DNA of 45,929 nucleotides, from sequence record SRR31156797_7258. One strand, 5' to 3'. How positions within the stretch are numbered: position 1 is the stretch's first letter; the number at the start of each line of letters is the position of its first letter. Positions 17,307 through 27,353 of this stretch are shown here, one piece after another. A program made the translations under genes and the position numbers. The notes under the pieces were generated by a model that saw only the letters and a program-made list of their open reading frames with translations, was not told the origin of the DNA and did no database searches.

Positions 17307-18125
17307 TCAGCTACGTTTTCTAATTTTTAATAATGAGTTGTCTTGTTTTACATGGTTTTTTGGGGTGTTTCCTGTAAAACGTTTTATTTCTTTGATAAAA
17401 TGCATTTGATCGAAATACCCGTTATCATAAGCAAGATCAGATAATTTTGAATAATCCCTGCGAAGCAATTGATTTAAACTTCCATGAAACCTGTTCAAGG
17501 TACTATAGGTGGCAGCTGATAAACCAATATACTTTTCGTACAAACGCTCCAGCTGACGCAAACTCATGTTGTTTTGCCGGCAAAATTCTGTGATTTCCAA
17601 CGACTTGATTTTCGAAATTCCATTAAATAATAAACTGAAGTTCCCGGGAAGTTGATGGTCATCTTCAAGCAGTTTTAGAAATTCGAATTCCAGGATTAAC
17701 AACCTTTCTTTGGTATCAAAGGTCCCTTTCAACTGTTCACTAATTCTGTTGCCCATTTTAAAACCTATTTCATCACTCCCAAGAATATGATTCTTAAATT
17801 CCGAAAGAGGTATTTTAAGGAATGGATAAATTCCGTATGGCTCAAAACAAATTCCCATTACATCCACATCTCCGTTAAGTTTCAAATGCCTGTTTGTGAA
17901 TTTATTCTGCAAACCCAGAAAATAAACATCTTCAAGTAGTTTTTCTTTATTGTCCTGACAAACATAATGACGGGTATCATTCAGATTGAACCGCATATTG
18001 ATATTTCTCTGGGGAATGATTTTATGGTTAAGTTGAATATCAGTAATACGAAGCTCCCAAAAAAATTTGATATACTTTTTGAGTACCGGACTGTGAACCT
18101 GATATTTTTTAATTTGATGCTGCAT
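17307..18125 (-). CDS. AraC family transcriptional regulator (DUF6597-type N-domain)
   Basis: LKKYIKFFW N-terminus; SLRQLERL..K.IG and LAYDNGYFDQMHFIKE.KRFTG.TP HTH. Confidence 0.92.
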   Translation of the reverse strand: MQHQIKKYQVHSPVLKKYIKFFWELRITDIQLNHKIIPQRNINMRFNLNDTRHYVCQDNKEKLLEDVYFLGLQNKFTNRHLKLNGDVDVMGICFEPYGIYPFLKIPLSEFKNHILGSDEIGFKMGNRISEQLKGTFDTKERLLILEFEFLKLLEDDHQLPGNFSLLFNGISKIKSLEITEFCRQNNMSLRQLERLYEKYIGLSAATYSTLNRFHGSLNQLLRRDYSKLSDLAYDNGYFDQMHFIKEIKRFTGNTPKNHVKQDNSLLKIRKRS

Positions 18126-18220
18126 CAAGTGTTGTGATGTTTTTGGAATATGGTGCCTGTTATCACGTCATTAATCATCAACCAAAAGCTGATCAAAATT
18201 TTAAAGAGAATGGTTGCTAA
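18125..18220 (-). pseudogene. 3' stub of a third DUF4386 gene
   Basis: Translates LATILFKILISFWLMINDV..., similar to LTAIVFEIVIGLWLMIKGV of 19120-19794; its TGA overlaps the AraC ATG (TGATG). Confidence 0.6.
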
Positions 18221-18248
18221 TCATACCCGTTTAAATCAGGACTCACAG

Positions 18249-19094
18249 TTACCTTTTCATGCTTATATTTTCTACTCTTGACTTCAATTCTTTTTGAAAT
18301 AAATATCGTATCAGTGAACTGTTCATATAAAGCCATTTTAGAAATCGCTTTTTCCTTCCGGGAATAAAAATAGTTTTTTTGTTTTTTTCTAACGCTTTTA
18401 AGGATTGTGAAACAACGCTTTCCGGTGTCATCCAGGAAGAATCCGGTATCACACTTTTGTTGAAGTTCTTTAAATCTCCAACTTCATGAAATTCTGAACT
18501 CATAAATCCGGGACAAAGTGCCTGTATTTTTATACCCAATCCTTGTAATTCGAGGCGGAGGTTTTCCGAAAAGGTATTAAGAAATGATTTGGTCGCGTCA
18601 TAGAGCGCATTTCCTGGTGTTAATATAAAGGCACCTATTGAAGAGACATTAATAATTACGGCCTGTTTTCTTTTGCGCATAATTTGAAGTGCAGCACAAG
18701 TAAATTGTACCGGTGCTTTCATATGCACATGAATCATACGCATGTCTTTTTCTACAGGTACATCAGCGAAATTTCCGAGTGTGCCAAACCCGGCATTATT
18801 TATTAAAATATCAAGATCTGAAATTTGTGTAATACGGTCCGCAACTTTTTCGATGTCATGTACGAGGGCAAGATCAGCCGGGATTATTTCACATCGAATT
18901 GAATAATCCGCTTCAAGACTGGTCGCAATATTCTGAAGTCGTTTCTTTCGTCTTGCAATCAAAACCAAATCAAATCCATAGTTGGCAAGCTTTTTAGCAA
19001 AACACAATCCTAATCCAGCAGAAGCTCCGGTTATTACAGCTGTTCCAGGATTTATATAATCCAATAGAACATTTTTCTTTTTTATTGCTGTCAT
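18249..19094 (-). CDS. Short-chain dehydrogenase/reductase (SDR)
   Basis: TGASAGLG, NNAGFG, NVSS, YDATK and CPG. Confidence 0.95.
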   Translation of the reverse strand: MTAIKKKNVLLDYINPGTAVITGASAGLGLCFAKKLANYGFDLVLIARRKKRLQNIATSLEADYSIRCEIIPADLALVHDIEKVADRITQISDLDILINNAGFGTLGNFADVPVEKDMRMIHVHMKAPVQFTCAALQIMRKRKQAVIINVSSIGAFILTPGNALYDATKSFLNTFSENLRLELQGLGIKIQALCPGFMSSEFHEVGDLKNFNKSVIPDSSWMTPESVVSQSLKALEKNKKTIFIPGRKKRFLKWLYMNSSLIRYLFQKELKSRVENISMKR

Positions 19095-19119
19095 TTTGTT
19101 TGATTATTTCGTTTCAATG

Positions 19120-19794
19120 TTAAGTATTGGTGTATTCACTAACCCCTTTTATCATCAGCCACAATCCTATAACAATTTCGAAAACAATTGCTGTAAGACC
19201 CGGAAATACCCAAGAGTCCATTGGGTAAGCAAGCAGTACAAGACTTTCCAGCAACACAAAAGAAAATGCAATAATCCCGAACAAGGATAGCCAACGGGGA
19301 ATCAAACGGGAGATGAAAAAGAGGTAGCAAAAAATGATGGACCCGATACCAATGAATACCATCAATGCTGACATCAGGGCATCTTTGGTTTCTAAAATTA
19401 CAGCAATGCTCGCTTGTGTTGTTTCTTTGCCAAATCCTCCATTGACAAGAAAGAGAATAATTATGCTGCCAATCACTGTCAGCGCGCCCATGATGGCCTC
19501 TCCAAACCTGAACAGTAGTGCCGCCAGGGCTTTGGGTTGGTTCACGATCTTCAGCAAATGATATAGGGCAACGGACAAAATGATCACACCCATGTACATC
19601 AATATTTCATATACCATGCCCATCCGGTAAAGCACCTGGTTGGATGCGATGTTTTGGATGCTTTTTGCAACATCGCCTTCAACAATCAATCGATAAGGTC
19701 CGAAAATTAAATTGAGTACTGAGGTGATGATGATGATGAAGTAGGCAGCTCCCGCAAACCGGGCTGTTTTTTGTATTGAATTCGTTGCATTCAT
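19120..19794 (-). CDS. DUF4386 membrane protein
   Basis: ARFAGAAY start, about 6 TM helices, SRLIPRWLS and FEIVIGLWLMIKG end. Confidence 0.88.
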   Translation of the reverse strand: MNATNSIQKTARFAGAAYFIIIITSVLNLIFGPYRLIVEGDVAKSIQNIASNQVLYRMGMVYEILMYMGVIILSVALYHLLKIVNQPKALAALLFRFGEAIMGALTVIGSIIILFLVNGGFGKETTQASIAVILETKDALMSALMVFIGIGSIIFCYLFFISRLIPRWLSLFGIIAFSFVLLESLVLLAYPMDSWVFPGLTAIVFEIVIGLWLMIKGVSEYTNT

Positions 19795-19805
19795 AATATT
19801 TTGTT

Positions 19806-20531
19806 TTAAGAGGTGTAAATCGCTTTAGGTAAGCTTAAGCCCTTTATTAATAACCAGCCTCCGCAAATCAGCTCAAATATAAAACTGGGCAAAGTCAAAA
19901 GTGACATGCTTGCGGCCGAATTCGTTACTGATAATATTCCATAAACAAAGATCAGGCTGAATGAAAATATACCAAAGTAGGATATCCATAGAGGAATAAG
20001 CCTCGATTTAACAAATAGCGCAGAAAATATCACCATTTCAATACCAAGCAGTATCATCGGAATTGAATTGAGTTTGTCATGTTGATTCAAAAGAAATCCC
20101 GCAATTGATTTGATTTGTTGAGGTGAGAAAGCTTCAAATGAATTTATGTTTAATATCATCTGGAAAGCGAAAAACGAAACCAATGTTACAACCGCCATGA
20201 GTGTTGCTTCAACGACTTTTATGATGAAAGCAAACAATGCCAGATTTTGATTTACCCTGCGAACCAGGAGATACAAAAAATAACCCAGTGCCACCAATCC
20301 AATTGCTAAAACCAGTTCGGAAATAACACCAATAGAAAACACCCCCTTATTTTCGATAACATTTACCGATGTTGTTAAATTGCTGGCTTTGTCAAATAGT
20401 CGGGATTGGATAAATACATAACCAAGGGTAGGAATTAGTAAATTAAAAATAAAGAGTAAGCCAGCGAATTTGGCGGTTTTATGCTGAACCCTTTCCGGAA
20501 GTTTATCCTGATGATCGTTTATTGTATTCAT
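19806..20531 (-). CDS. DUF4386 membrane protein
   Basis: AKFAGLLF, KSRLIPLWIS and FELICGGWLLIKG. Confidence 0.88.
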   Translation of the reverse strand: MNTINDHQDKLPERVQHKTAKFAGLLFIFNLLIPTLGYVFIQSRLFDKASNLTTSVNVIENKGVFSIGVISELVLAIGLVALGYFLYLLVRRVNQNLALFAFIIKVVEATLMAVVTLVSFFAFQMILNINSFEAFSPQQIKSIAGFLLNQHDKLNSIPMILLGIEMVIFSALFVKSRLIPLWISYFGIFSFSLIFVYGILSVTNSAASMSLLTLPSFIFELICGGWLLIKGLSLPKAIYTS

Positions 20532-21296
20532 TTTTTTGTATTTAGTTGATCTATTTTCATTGAAAATAATTTCATGAACTCTTTTTTATTTGAAAGCATG
20601 GCCGGATGATTTCCTTCCTTGAACAGATGTATCTCCAAATCCGGATTATCCTTTTTTAATTCATTATACATACTGTCAAGATGATCACAGTATTCGTCCT
20701 CCAAACTTCCGGTTAATAAAGTTGGCACCTGCAATTCCGAGATCGATTGATGAAAAAATGATTTACCGGTTTTGGCAAATTCAATATTCACTTCGGTGTC
20801 CTGATCCACTACTTTTTTCCAGTCCCATCCGTGAAAATACCACCAGTAAAATTTGGCCAGCCATTTCTTCTTATCCCTTTCCCGGTCCCGTCTGATGGTT
20901 TTAATATATGAACCTAAAGGTGTTTCCCCTTCAAAACTATCTGCTATCAGGAAATTCACTTTTTCAGGATGTTCCATAGCCAGGTTAATCCCCACTAACG
21001 CACCACCACTTGTTCCAATAACATTTACTTTTTTTAAATTCAATTCTTCCAACAAAGCATTGGCAACCTCAGCATTATAAAACCAAAAATCTGTTTCGAA
21101 TTTTCCTAGTCTCGATGACTTACCATGACCGGGAAAATCAAATAAGATCACTTCATTATTTTTGAAGTAAAGTTTCTGAATACTACTAAACATTCGTGAA
21201 GACACACTGTTACCGTGAATTAGAAGCAAAGGTTCTCCTTTTCCCAGGATTCTGTAATACACCTTGTTATTTTGATAATTGAAGTAATTTGTTCAT
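20528..21296 (-). CDS. Alpha/beta hydrolase with an apparent +1 frameshift just after the ATG
   Basis: HG, DFPGHGKS, GTSGG nucleophile, D and H; main frame 20528-21262 extends upstream as TNYFNYQNNKV, and the ATG at 21296 is one base out of frame. Confidence 0.85.
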
Positions 21297-21308
21297 ATAT
21301 TATTTCGT

Positions 21309-21806
21309 TCAAAAAAAAACTAGATGATATGTGATACCGACCGGAATGTATAAGAAATCGATATCATAATCATACAACTTAAATGTATAGACTGAAACAA
21401 CCAATGCTGACCTTTTGGTAAAATGGTAATAAGCTCCTCCTGAAATACCTATATCTTTAAAGTACCCAACATCAAACGTTAGCGCCGGGCCGGCGAAAAG
21501 GCTTAATTTGTTTCTAATTATTTTTCTCAAATGTAAAGGCAATGTTAAATAATGCTCATTCCATTTCCAAAGCCAGGAATATTGGGGTGCAAATTGAATA
21601 AAGAAATTATTCTTGATCCGGTAATCTATTGTTACACCGGCAGCAATATTGAAAAGATGCGCTCCATCCTCATAGGCCCAGCCCGCTCCTCCCCGAGCAC
21701 CAAACATGAACTTGTTTAGTTGATCCAGGGTATCTGTATTTGAAATTTCCTGACTTATGATTGACATGGAAAAAAGGCTCAATATGATGATTAGCATTAT
21801 TCTCAT
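21309..21806 (-). CDS. Small outer-membrane beta-barrel protein
   Basis: Signal peptide, alternating beta pattern, YLTLPL, C-terminal YHLVFF. Confidence 0.7.
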   Translation of the reverse strand: MRIMLIIILSLFSMSIISQEISNTDTLDQLNKFMFGARGGAGWAYEDGAHLFNIAAGVTIDYRIKNNFFIQFAPQYSWLWKWNEHYLTLPLHLRKIIRNKLSLFAGPALTFDVGYFKDIGISGGAYYHFTKRSALVVSVYTFKLYDYDIDFLYIPVGITYHLVFF

Positions 21807-21815
21807 TATTCCAAG

Positions 21816-22997
21816 TTAAAATACCGCCGGCAGAATAAATCTTTCAAGAATCTCGAACTGATGCACTTTTGAATTGTAATTCGCTCCGTTAAATGCAATC
21901 ACCATATCCTGCTTCGGCAAAACAATGATTTTCTGGCCTCCCCAGCCAAGTGCAAAAAACATTTTGACATCCTTATTTTTATAGGAAAAATCCTTTACCC
22001 ACCAGGTATAACCGTAGCCTACTTTTCCAAGATCTTCTCCCGGAACCTTTATTTTGGTATTTCCTTTATAATGCGTGCCACATTTTAAAATCCATTCTTC
22101 TGAAATTATTCGCTTACCATCCCAAACACCTTTATTCAGCATCATTGCCCCAATCTTTATCATATCGCGGGGAGTTAGTTTTAATCCTCCGGCTCCCTGA
22201 ATTTGTCCCGATGTTGGAAACTTCAGCCACCAATCGAATGAAGAAATACCTAGAGGTTCAAACAGGAATTCTTCTGAGAATTCACCAAGACTCATTCCTG
22301 TAGCATTTTCAAGTATTTCTACCAAAATCTGAATATCTCCTCCAGAATAATTAAATCTTGTACCGGGTTCTGCAACAAACTCTCTGCTAAGAACATAGTT
22401 CATGGGGCCAGCTTCCCAAAACCAAATGCCAATCTGGTCATTTTCAATGGAGCCAAGTGAAACACCCCATTCCTCCCATCTCAAACCGGATGTCATGGTT
22501 AAAAGATGTTCGATGGTTATATATTTTTTATTGTTTGTATTCAGGTATTGATAATCCGGCAGATAGTCAAATATGGATTGGTGAACATCTTCAATAAACC
22601 CCTTATCGATTGCAATGCCAATGCACAAAGAGGTTATACTTTTTGTATCCGAATGAATACAATGTTGCATATCTCTTTCCCATTTTACATAATCAGCTTT
22701 ATGGCCAGGTGCATCCCACTGATATTGATGCCCTTCGTAATAATCTTCGAAAACCAACCTGTCATTTTTATAAATCAGCATGGAATGGATTTCACCGTAT
22801 TTGCCACAGTCTATCCTCCCGACGGCCTTGCGGAGCATGTCTTCGTCAATGCCGACATCTTTAATTGAACCTACCTCGAGACCATCATTGGTATCTGATG
22901 GTACAGAATAAGGGTACTGTCCTGAGAAATCCTTTTCACATCTTGCTGTGAGCAAAAAAATTAGAAGAAATGATAAAAGTTTCATAGTTTTCTGCAT
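21816..22997 (-). CDS. Serine hydrolase (beta-lactamase/NylB-like), probable lipoprotein
   Basis: SDTK (SxxK), HLLTMTSGL, FNYS, LTPRDM.K.G and ALGWGGQ; Cys after the signal peptide. Confidence 0.92.
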   Translation of the reverse strand: MQKTMKLLSFLLIFLLTARCEKDFSGQYPYSVPSDTNDGLEVGSIKDVGIDEDMLRKAVGRIDCGKYGEIHSMLIYKNDRLVFEDYYEGHQYQWDAPGHKADYVKWERDMQHCIHSDTKSITSLCIGIAIDKGFIEDVHQSIFDYLPDYQYLNTNNKKYITIEHLLTMTSGLRWEEWGVSLGSIENDQIGIWFWEAGPMNYVLSREFVAEPGTRFNYSGGDIQILVEILENATGMSLGEFSEEFLFEPLGISSFDWWLKFPTSGQIQGAGGLKLTPRDMIKIGAMMLNKGVWDGKRIISEEWILKCGTHYKGNTKIKVPGEDLGKVGYGYTWWVKDFSYKNKDVKMFFALGWGGQKIIVLPKQDMVIAFNGANYNSKVHQFEILERFILPAVF

Positions 22998-23024
22998 TTT
23001 GCTATTAATTGATAATTAGCTCGA

Positions 23025-23645
23025 TCAAACATTGATTTTAATCTTCGGCTCTCCCTTTTCCTTTGGCGGAAATTGGTCCTCATATTGACTTAATTCCTGT
23101 TCATCCATTTCCGCTGAATCATCCAGATAGAATTTACCCTGAATATCTGCAAGTCCGTTTTCCTGCAGTTCAAGGGCCATAAATGGGTCGAAATTCATCC
23201 CCTCTTTTGTTGTAATCTTGTATTTCTCTGCATTCACAAATCCAAAGCGCGGATAATAGAACGGATCGCCAAATAATATCATTCCTTTGAATCCCAACTC
23301 CCTGGCTTTTTCAATGGAATAATTGAAAAGTTGTGCTCCAATTCCTTTGTTCCGGAATGCGTGCTCAACGGAAAACGGACCCACATGCAATACTTCATGC
23401 GTTGTATTGCTATCATCAACAATTATTGCTTTGGTTGAAATGATATGCCCGATTATCTTATCATCAGATACGGCAACCACATCCAGGTCTTCAACCCAGG
23501 CTTTGCTTTTGCGAAAATTATGAATCATAAAATGTTCTGTGCAGCCTGACTGATATAAATTCCAGAAGATTTCTCTGGTAAGATTTTCAGTTTGAAAGAA
23601 TTCGCTTTTACTTGTTTTTCTTACTGTTAATTCCATGATCTTCAT
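23025..23645 (-). CDS. GNAT N-acetyltransferase (YhbS-like)
   Basis: GPFSV...RNKGIG..L, GDP.YYPRFGF and FMALEL. Confidence 0.92.
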   Translation of the reverse strand: MKIMELTVRKTSKSEFFQTENLTREIFWNLYQSGCTEHFMIHNFRKSKAWVEDLDVVAVSDDKIIGHIISTKAIIVDDSNTTHEVLHVGPFSVEHAFRNKGIGAQLFNYSIEKARELGFKGMILFGDPFYYPRFGFVNAEKYKITTKEGMNFDPFMALELQENGLADIQGKFYLDDSAEMDEQELSQYEDQFPPKEKGEPKIKINV

Positions 23646-24484
23646 TTATTGTTTTTTGCAATGCAAAAAGTAACATCCCTGCTTTCATAACCGTCTCCTC
23701 CGGGTATAACCTCATCATGAAATGTGAATTCTCCAAAATGATGCTTTCTCAGGATGTTTTCCATGTCGGATGATGAAAGGTAATGATGCCAGAAACGGTA
23801 AACATCCAAATCATTGTCATCACTGATCACGATATGCTGATACAGCACAACTTTCTCTTCTTCATATAGAAAGGAATCAGACAATGCCAGGTATGGCCTG
23901 TTTTTCCAGAATCCCTTTTCCGTTGCTTCCCAGTTTTTTGGACTCACCTTTTTTTGAAGGTTTTTATCATTCGAATAATCCAAAATAAAAAGGCCTCCCG
24001 GTTTGAGTACTGTTTTAATTCCATTTAAAAGTGCCATACGTTGGTTGGGCAGTAAAGGACAGATATCAGTATAAATAAGTAGAACCAGGTCATACTTATT
24101 TTCCGGAAGATCCAGCTGGGTATAATCCTGGCAATGGTATTCGATATCAAGATTCTTTTCTGCAGCTGCTGCTTTTGCATATTCGATGGAATTGGCTGAG
24201 AAATCCACCCCAGTAAGCTGATGGCCCGTGGCAGCAAGCCGTTCTGTGTATAATCCAGGTCCACAGCCCAGATCCAGTATATTCAGCTTTTCACCGCTGC
24301 ATTGTTCAAGAACCCAGTCAATGGTTCTTTTGATGGTTTCCGGTTTTCGGCTGGCCAAATCCGTATGCTCACTCAGATGGACTTCCAGAAGCTGTTTGCT
24401 AATATGTTCATCGGTCCACATAACTGCATTCCCTTCTTCGTATAATGCAGGTTTTACTAAATATTCTATTAATCTCTTGATCAT
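23642..24484 (-). CDS. Class I SAM-dependent methyltransferase
   Basis: ILDLGCGPG, GVDFS and LKPGG.F. Confidence 0.93.
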   Translation of the reverse strand: MIKRLIEYLVKPALYEEGNAVMWTDEHISKQLLEVHLSEHTDLASRKPETIKRTIDWVLEQCSGEKLNILDLGCGPGLYTERLAATGHQLTGVDFSANSIEYAKAAAAEKNLDIEYHCQDYTQLDLPENKYDLVLLIYTDICPLLPNQRMALLNGIKTVLKPGGLFILDYSNDKNLQKKVSPKNWEATEKGFWKNRPYLALSDSFLYEEEKVVLYQHIVISDDNDLDVYRFWHHYLSSSDMENILRKHHFGEFTFHDEVIPGGDGYESRDVTFCIAKNNK

Positions 24485-24499
24485 TTCGCTATATTTTGG

Positions 24500-25237
24500 T
24501 TAAATTATTTCATGAATAATCCAGACGTTTGGTTCAATATAGATTCCACGGTCCTGTGATATGTTCATCCTGATCGGAACCAATGCATGTTCAATGATAT
24601 AGTCCCCGCTGTCAGGAAACTTTTTCCCTGTCCATTTTTCCCAGTCGGAAACACTTCCTTCAATGGTCATGGACTGAGGACAGGATTTTACAATTTTTCC
24701 ACCATCTTTTACATGAACCCTAATCCAGGGATCATAGGGTAACCCATTCTTGTTCTTCCATGTCATGTATTTTCCAATTTCAATCAGTGGGAATTCGGAC
24801 TTGAGGGTAGGCCTGACCGGCAGTGCAATTTTCAGTAATCCATTTGCCCTGGCAATATCTTTCATGAACCCCAGCATCTTATAGCTGATCCCCTTGCTTT
24901 GGTAATGGGGATTGATCAAAATCTGAACACCCACCAGCAGGTTGGGTTTCAATCCTTTTATGTGATCTATGTTTGCTTTTTCCATGGCCCAGTCGAGGCC
25001 CCGGTCAGGCAGTTCTTCATCTGTTCCCGACCAATTCAAACAAATGGAATTGGCTACCCCAACGAGGGTTTTGTTCTCAAACAAAGCAAATTGCAATCTC
25101 AGAAAGTGGGTATAAAGATCCGACCAGTATTTTTCAACAGTTTTATCATGTTGCATAAACTCAGGCCATGTTCCCGAGCCCAATTCTTGCTGTAGTTGTT
25201 GAATCTTATTATCACCTATTAATGGTGTATATTTCAT
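24500..25237 (-). CDS. GNAT-like acetyltransferase (WPEFM/DPW.RVH/EPNVW family)
   Basis: INP.YQSKGIS acetyl-CoA loop; PVRPTLK, DPWIRVH and YIEPNVW. Confidence 0.8.
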   Translation of the reverse strand: MKYTPLIGDNKIQQLQQELGSGTWPEFMQHDKTVEKYWSDLYTHFLRLQFALFENKTLVGVANSICLNWSGTDEELPDRGLDWAMEKANIDHIKGLKPNLLVGVQILINPHYQSKGISYKMLGFMKDIARANGLLKIALPVRPTLKSEFPLIEIGKYMTWKNKNGLPYDPWIRVHVKDGGKIVKSCPQSMTIEGSVSDWEKWTGKKFPDSGDYIIEHALVPIRMNISQDRGIYIEPNVWIIHEII

Positions 25238-25258
25238 GGTTTATATTGATTTAAAAGT

Positions 25259-25825
25259 TTATTTGATCATTTTGAGTATCTGCGGTTCATTCCTTCTCGG
25301 GATGGCCGGTATTTTCTCCGGGAAGCCCAGGGCAATGGGTGCCACAATTGTGTGGTTCGCTGGAATCCCCAGTTCCTCTTTTATTTCCTGATCCTGGATC
25401 GCTGTCCCGAAATTTACCCAGCAGGTTCCCAGTCCCCTGTTTGTAGCCGACATCATAAGATAGCTGGCGGCCAGTGCGCAGTCCGTATACAGGTTTTTCA
25501 ATCCAGTTTCTCCAAGGATAAGGATCACAGCCGGGGCATGATAAAAGATATTGAAGGCTTCTTTGCTCAACATCTTTTCATACTTTTTGGCATAATCAGC
25601 CGGATTATTCACAATCCGTTCCAGGAAATTTTTCTTGCATTCTGATGATATCCTGTTGATCATATCCCTGTTGTTGATCACAATAAATTTCCAAGGTTGC
25701 TCATTGCCGGCACTGGGAGCAAGTATGCTGTCTTTGATGATATCTTCCAGGACTTCCATCGGAACTTCTTTGTTTTGATAATTCCGGATGGATCTGCGGT
25801 TTTTTACTAATTCCTTAAAATTCAT
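25259..25825 (-). CDS. Nitroreductase family protein
   Basis: RRSIRNY, APSAGNEQPW and GLGTCW. Confidence 0.95.
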   Translation of the reverse strand: MNFKELVKNRRSIRNYQNKEVPMEVLEDIIKDSILAPSAGNEQPWKFIVINNRDMINRISSECKKNFLERIVNNPADYAKKYEKMLSKEAFNIFYHAPAVILILGETGLKNLYTDCALAASYLMMSATNRGLGTCWVNFGTAIQDQEIKEELGIPANHTIVAPIALGFPEKIPAIPRRNEPQILKMIK

Positions 25826-25873
25826 TTTGTTGGTAATTAATGTTTTATTAGAAATTTTTTTTATTCTGATTTT

Positions 25874-26191
25874 TCAATGTCTGCTTAATTTTGATTTTTT
25901 TGTTTTGAGGGTTTCCTGCATGGATTCTGACAGATTATGTTCTGCCATATACTTTGAATAGACTTTTGTTTGCCTGTCAATCCTGTTCTGAATAATCCTG
26001 GCGGAAGGAGAATCCGACGAGGCCTCAACTGCTTTTCTCAATTCAGGCAAAATAGAATAAAACGCACAATAATTCAGGCTGCCAATTCTCAGATGACGAC
26101 TTGTACAGTTTTCGCAATTCCCGTGATTTGGGCAATCGAGATTTGGGCAGGGACAGCAGTTTATTGGTATCATGATGTTTTTTCTATTCAT
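25874..26191 (-). CDS. Small Cys-rich (putative metal-binding) protein
   Basis: CCPCPNLDCPNHGNCENC...H...C cluster at the N-terminus; fits the operon spacing. Confidence 0.7.
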   Translation of the reverse strand: MNRKNIMIPINCCPCPNLDCPNHGNCENCTSRHLRIGSLNYCAFYSILPELRKAVEASSDSPSARIIQNRIDRQTKVYSKYMAEHNLSESMQETLKTKKSKLSRH

Positions 26192-26196
26192 TTATA

Positions 26197-26685
26197 TTAT
26201 CTGTAAAAATTGTGAAAAAGGATGAACCATAAGTACAAGCTAATTCCAAAATTTGTATGGTTTATAAGATTTGTTTTAATAATCTGAATTCTTTTTGATG
26301 ATTTACCAGCCATGAAACCAAAGCCAGTAACAGGCAATAACCAGCACCAGGGAAGGATCACGGTCAATATGCCAAATACCAGTGCCAGCCAATCATTATC
26401 ATTTACCAAATCAATATTATCTGCCAGCAAGAGGTAGATCCCGGCCAGGAAGATCCCGATCAGGTAATGAGAAAGATAATAAGCCCCTTTTTCATGCCTG
26501 ATTGAAGGCGTTTGGCTGATGTCCTGGTGTATCATTTTCCCTCTGAACATATACAAGAACCATCGCCCCAGTTCTTCCTGACTGATAAATGGATGTATGA
26601 GATTTCTTTTTGACAGGATTTTAGCAAAAAAATCCATGATTAATGTTGCCCAAACTCCAGACAAGACTGCTTCTTGTAATATCAT
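26197..26685 (-). CDS. DUF2938 membrane protein
   Basis: G..AT..MD, LGRW, HY.IGI, W..L.P..GFG and H..FG motifs. Confidence 0.85.
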   Translation of the reverse strand: MILQEAVLSGVWATLIMDFFAKILSKRNLIHPFISQEELGRWFLYMFRGKMIHQDISQTPSIRHEKGAYYLSHYLIGIFLAGIYLLLADNIDLVNDNDWLALVFGILTVILPWCWLLPVTGFGFMAGKSSKRIQIIKTNLINHTNFGISLYLWFILFHNFYR

Positions 26686-26809
26686 CTCAAAATATATTTA
26701 TTGTATTGGTATTCTATGTTAAACTTAAAAGCTAATACAGCTTGATTCAAAAGCAGAAAATGCCACTGAACACACGATATACTAGGTATCTTTTAAGCTT
26801 TATTTTCAT

Positions 26810-27271
26810 TTATTGTATACTTTTTTCTATGGTATATCGAAAATCGCAATGATCATCTCCTTCCATCAGTGTTTTGGATCTTCTCAACTTCAACTTATTA
26901 TTGAATCCTTTTGCAAATGCCCCGTCCCGGCAACATGAAAATGCTACGCCGTATTTCTCTACTCCTATCTTTTTATAAAGTTCAAAATATGGACATGTTT
27001 TAACATCAAAGAAAAGCTTATCCTGCGTTTTTTCAATAAAGGTAATTTCCATTTCCCCACCATCCCCCCATGTATTCACATCTTTGTATAGTTGGTTAAT
27101 TGTATCTTCAGGCTTTTCCGGACTTTGACTTAGCCCGCGTTGGTATGCTTCATGTTCGTTTACCTCTTTCAATATTTTATGGATACTTCCAACGGACAAA
27201 AGTAATTCCAGCTTTCCTAACAATGGCTTTAGAATGATTACTTCATTTTCTCTTTTCTTTAACCTGATCAT
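26810..27271 (-). CDS. L-2-amino-thiazoline-4-carboxylic acid hydrolase-like (ATC hydrolase) protein
   Basis: FDV..CPY.E, CCRD..F..GF and L.RSKTLMEG..HCDFRY. Confidence 0.88.
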   Translation of the reverse strand: MIRLKKRENEVIILKPLLGKLELLLSVGSIHKILKEVNEHEAYQRGLSQSPEKPEDTINQLYKDVNTWGDGGEMEITFIEKTQDKLFFDVKTCPYFELYKKIGVEKYGVAFSCCRDGAFAKGFNNKLKLRRSKTLMEGDDHCDFRYTIEKSIQ

Positions 27272-27353
27272 GATATTTATGATTAGTTCGTGGATTTCTC
27301 AGTAAGTGTTTCCTGTGATTATTATTCGTATGGAAATTTCATAGTCAATTGTA

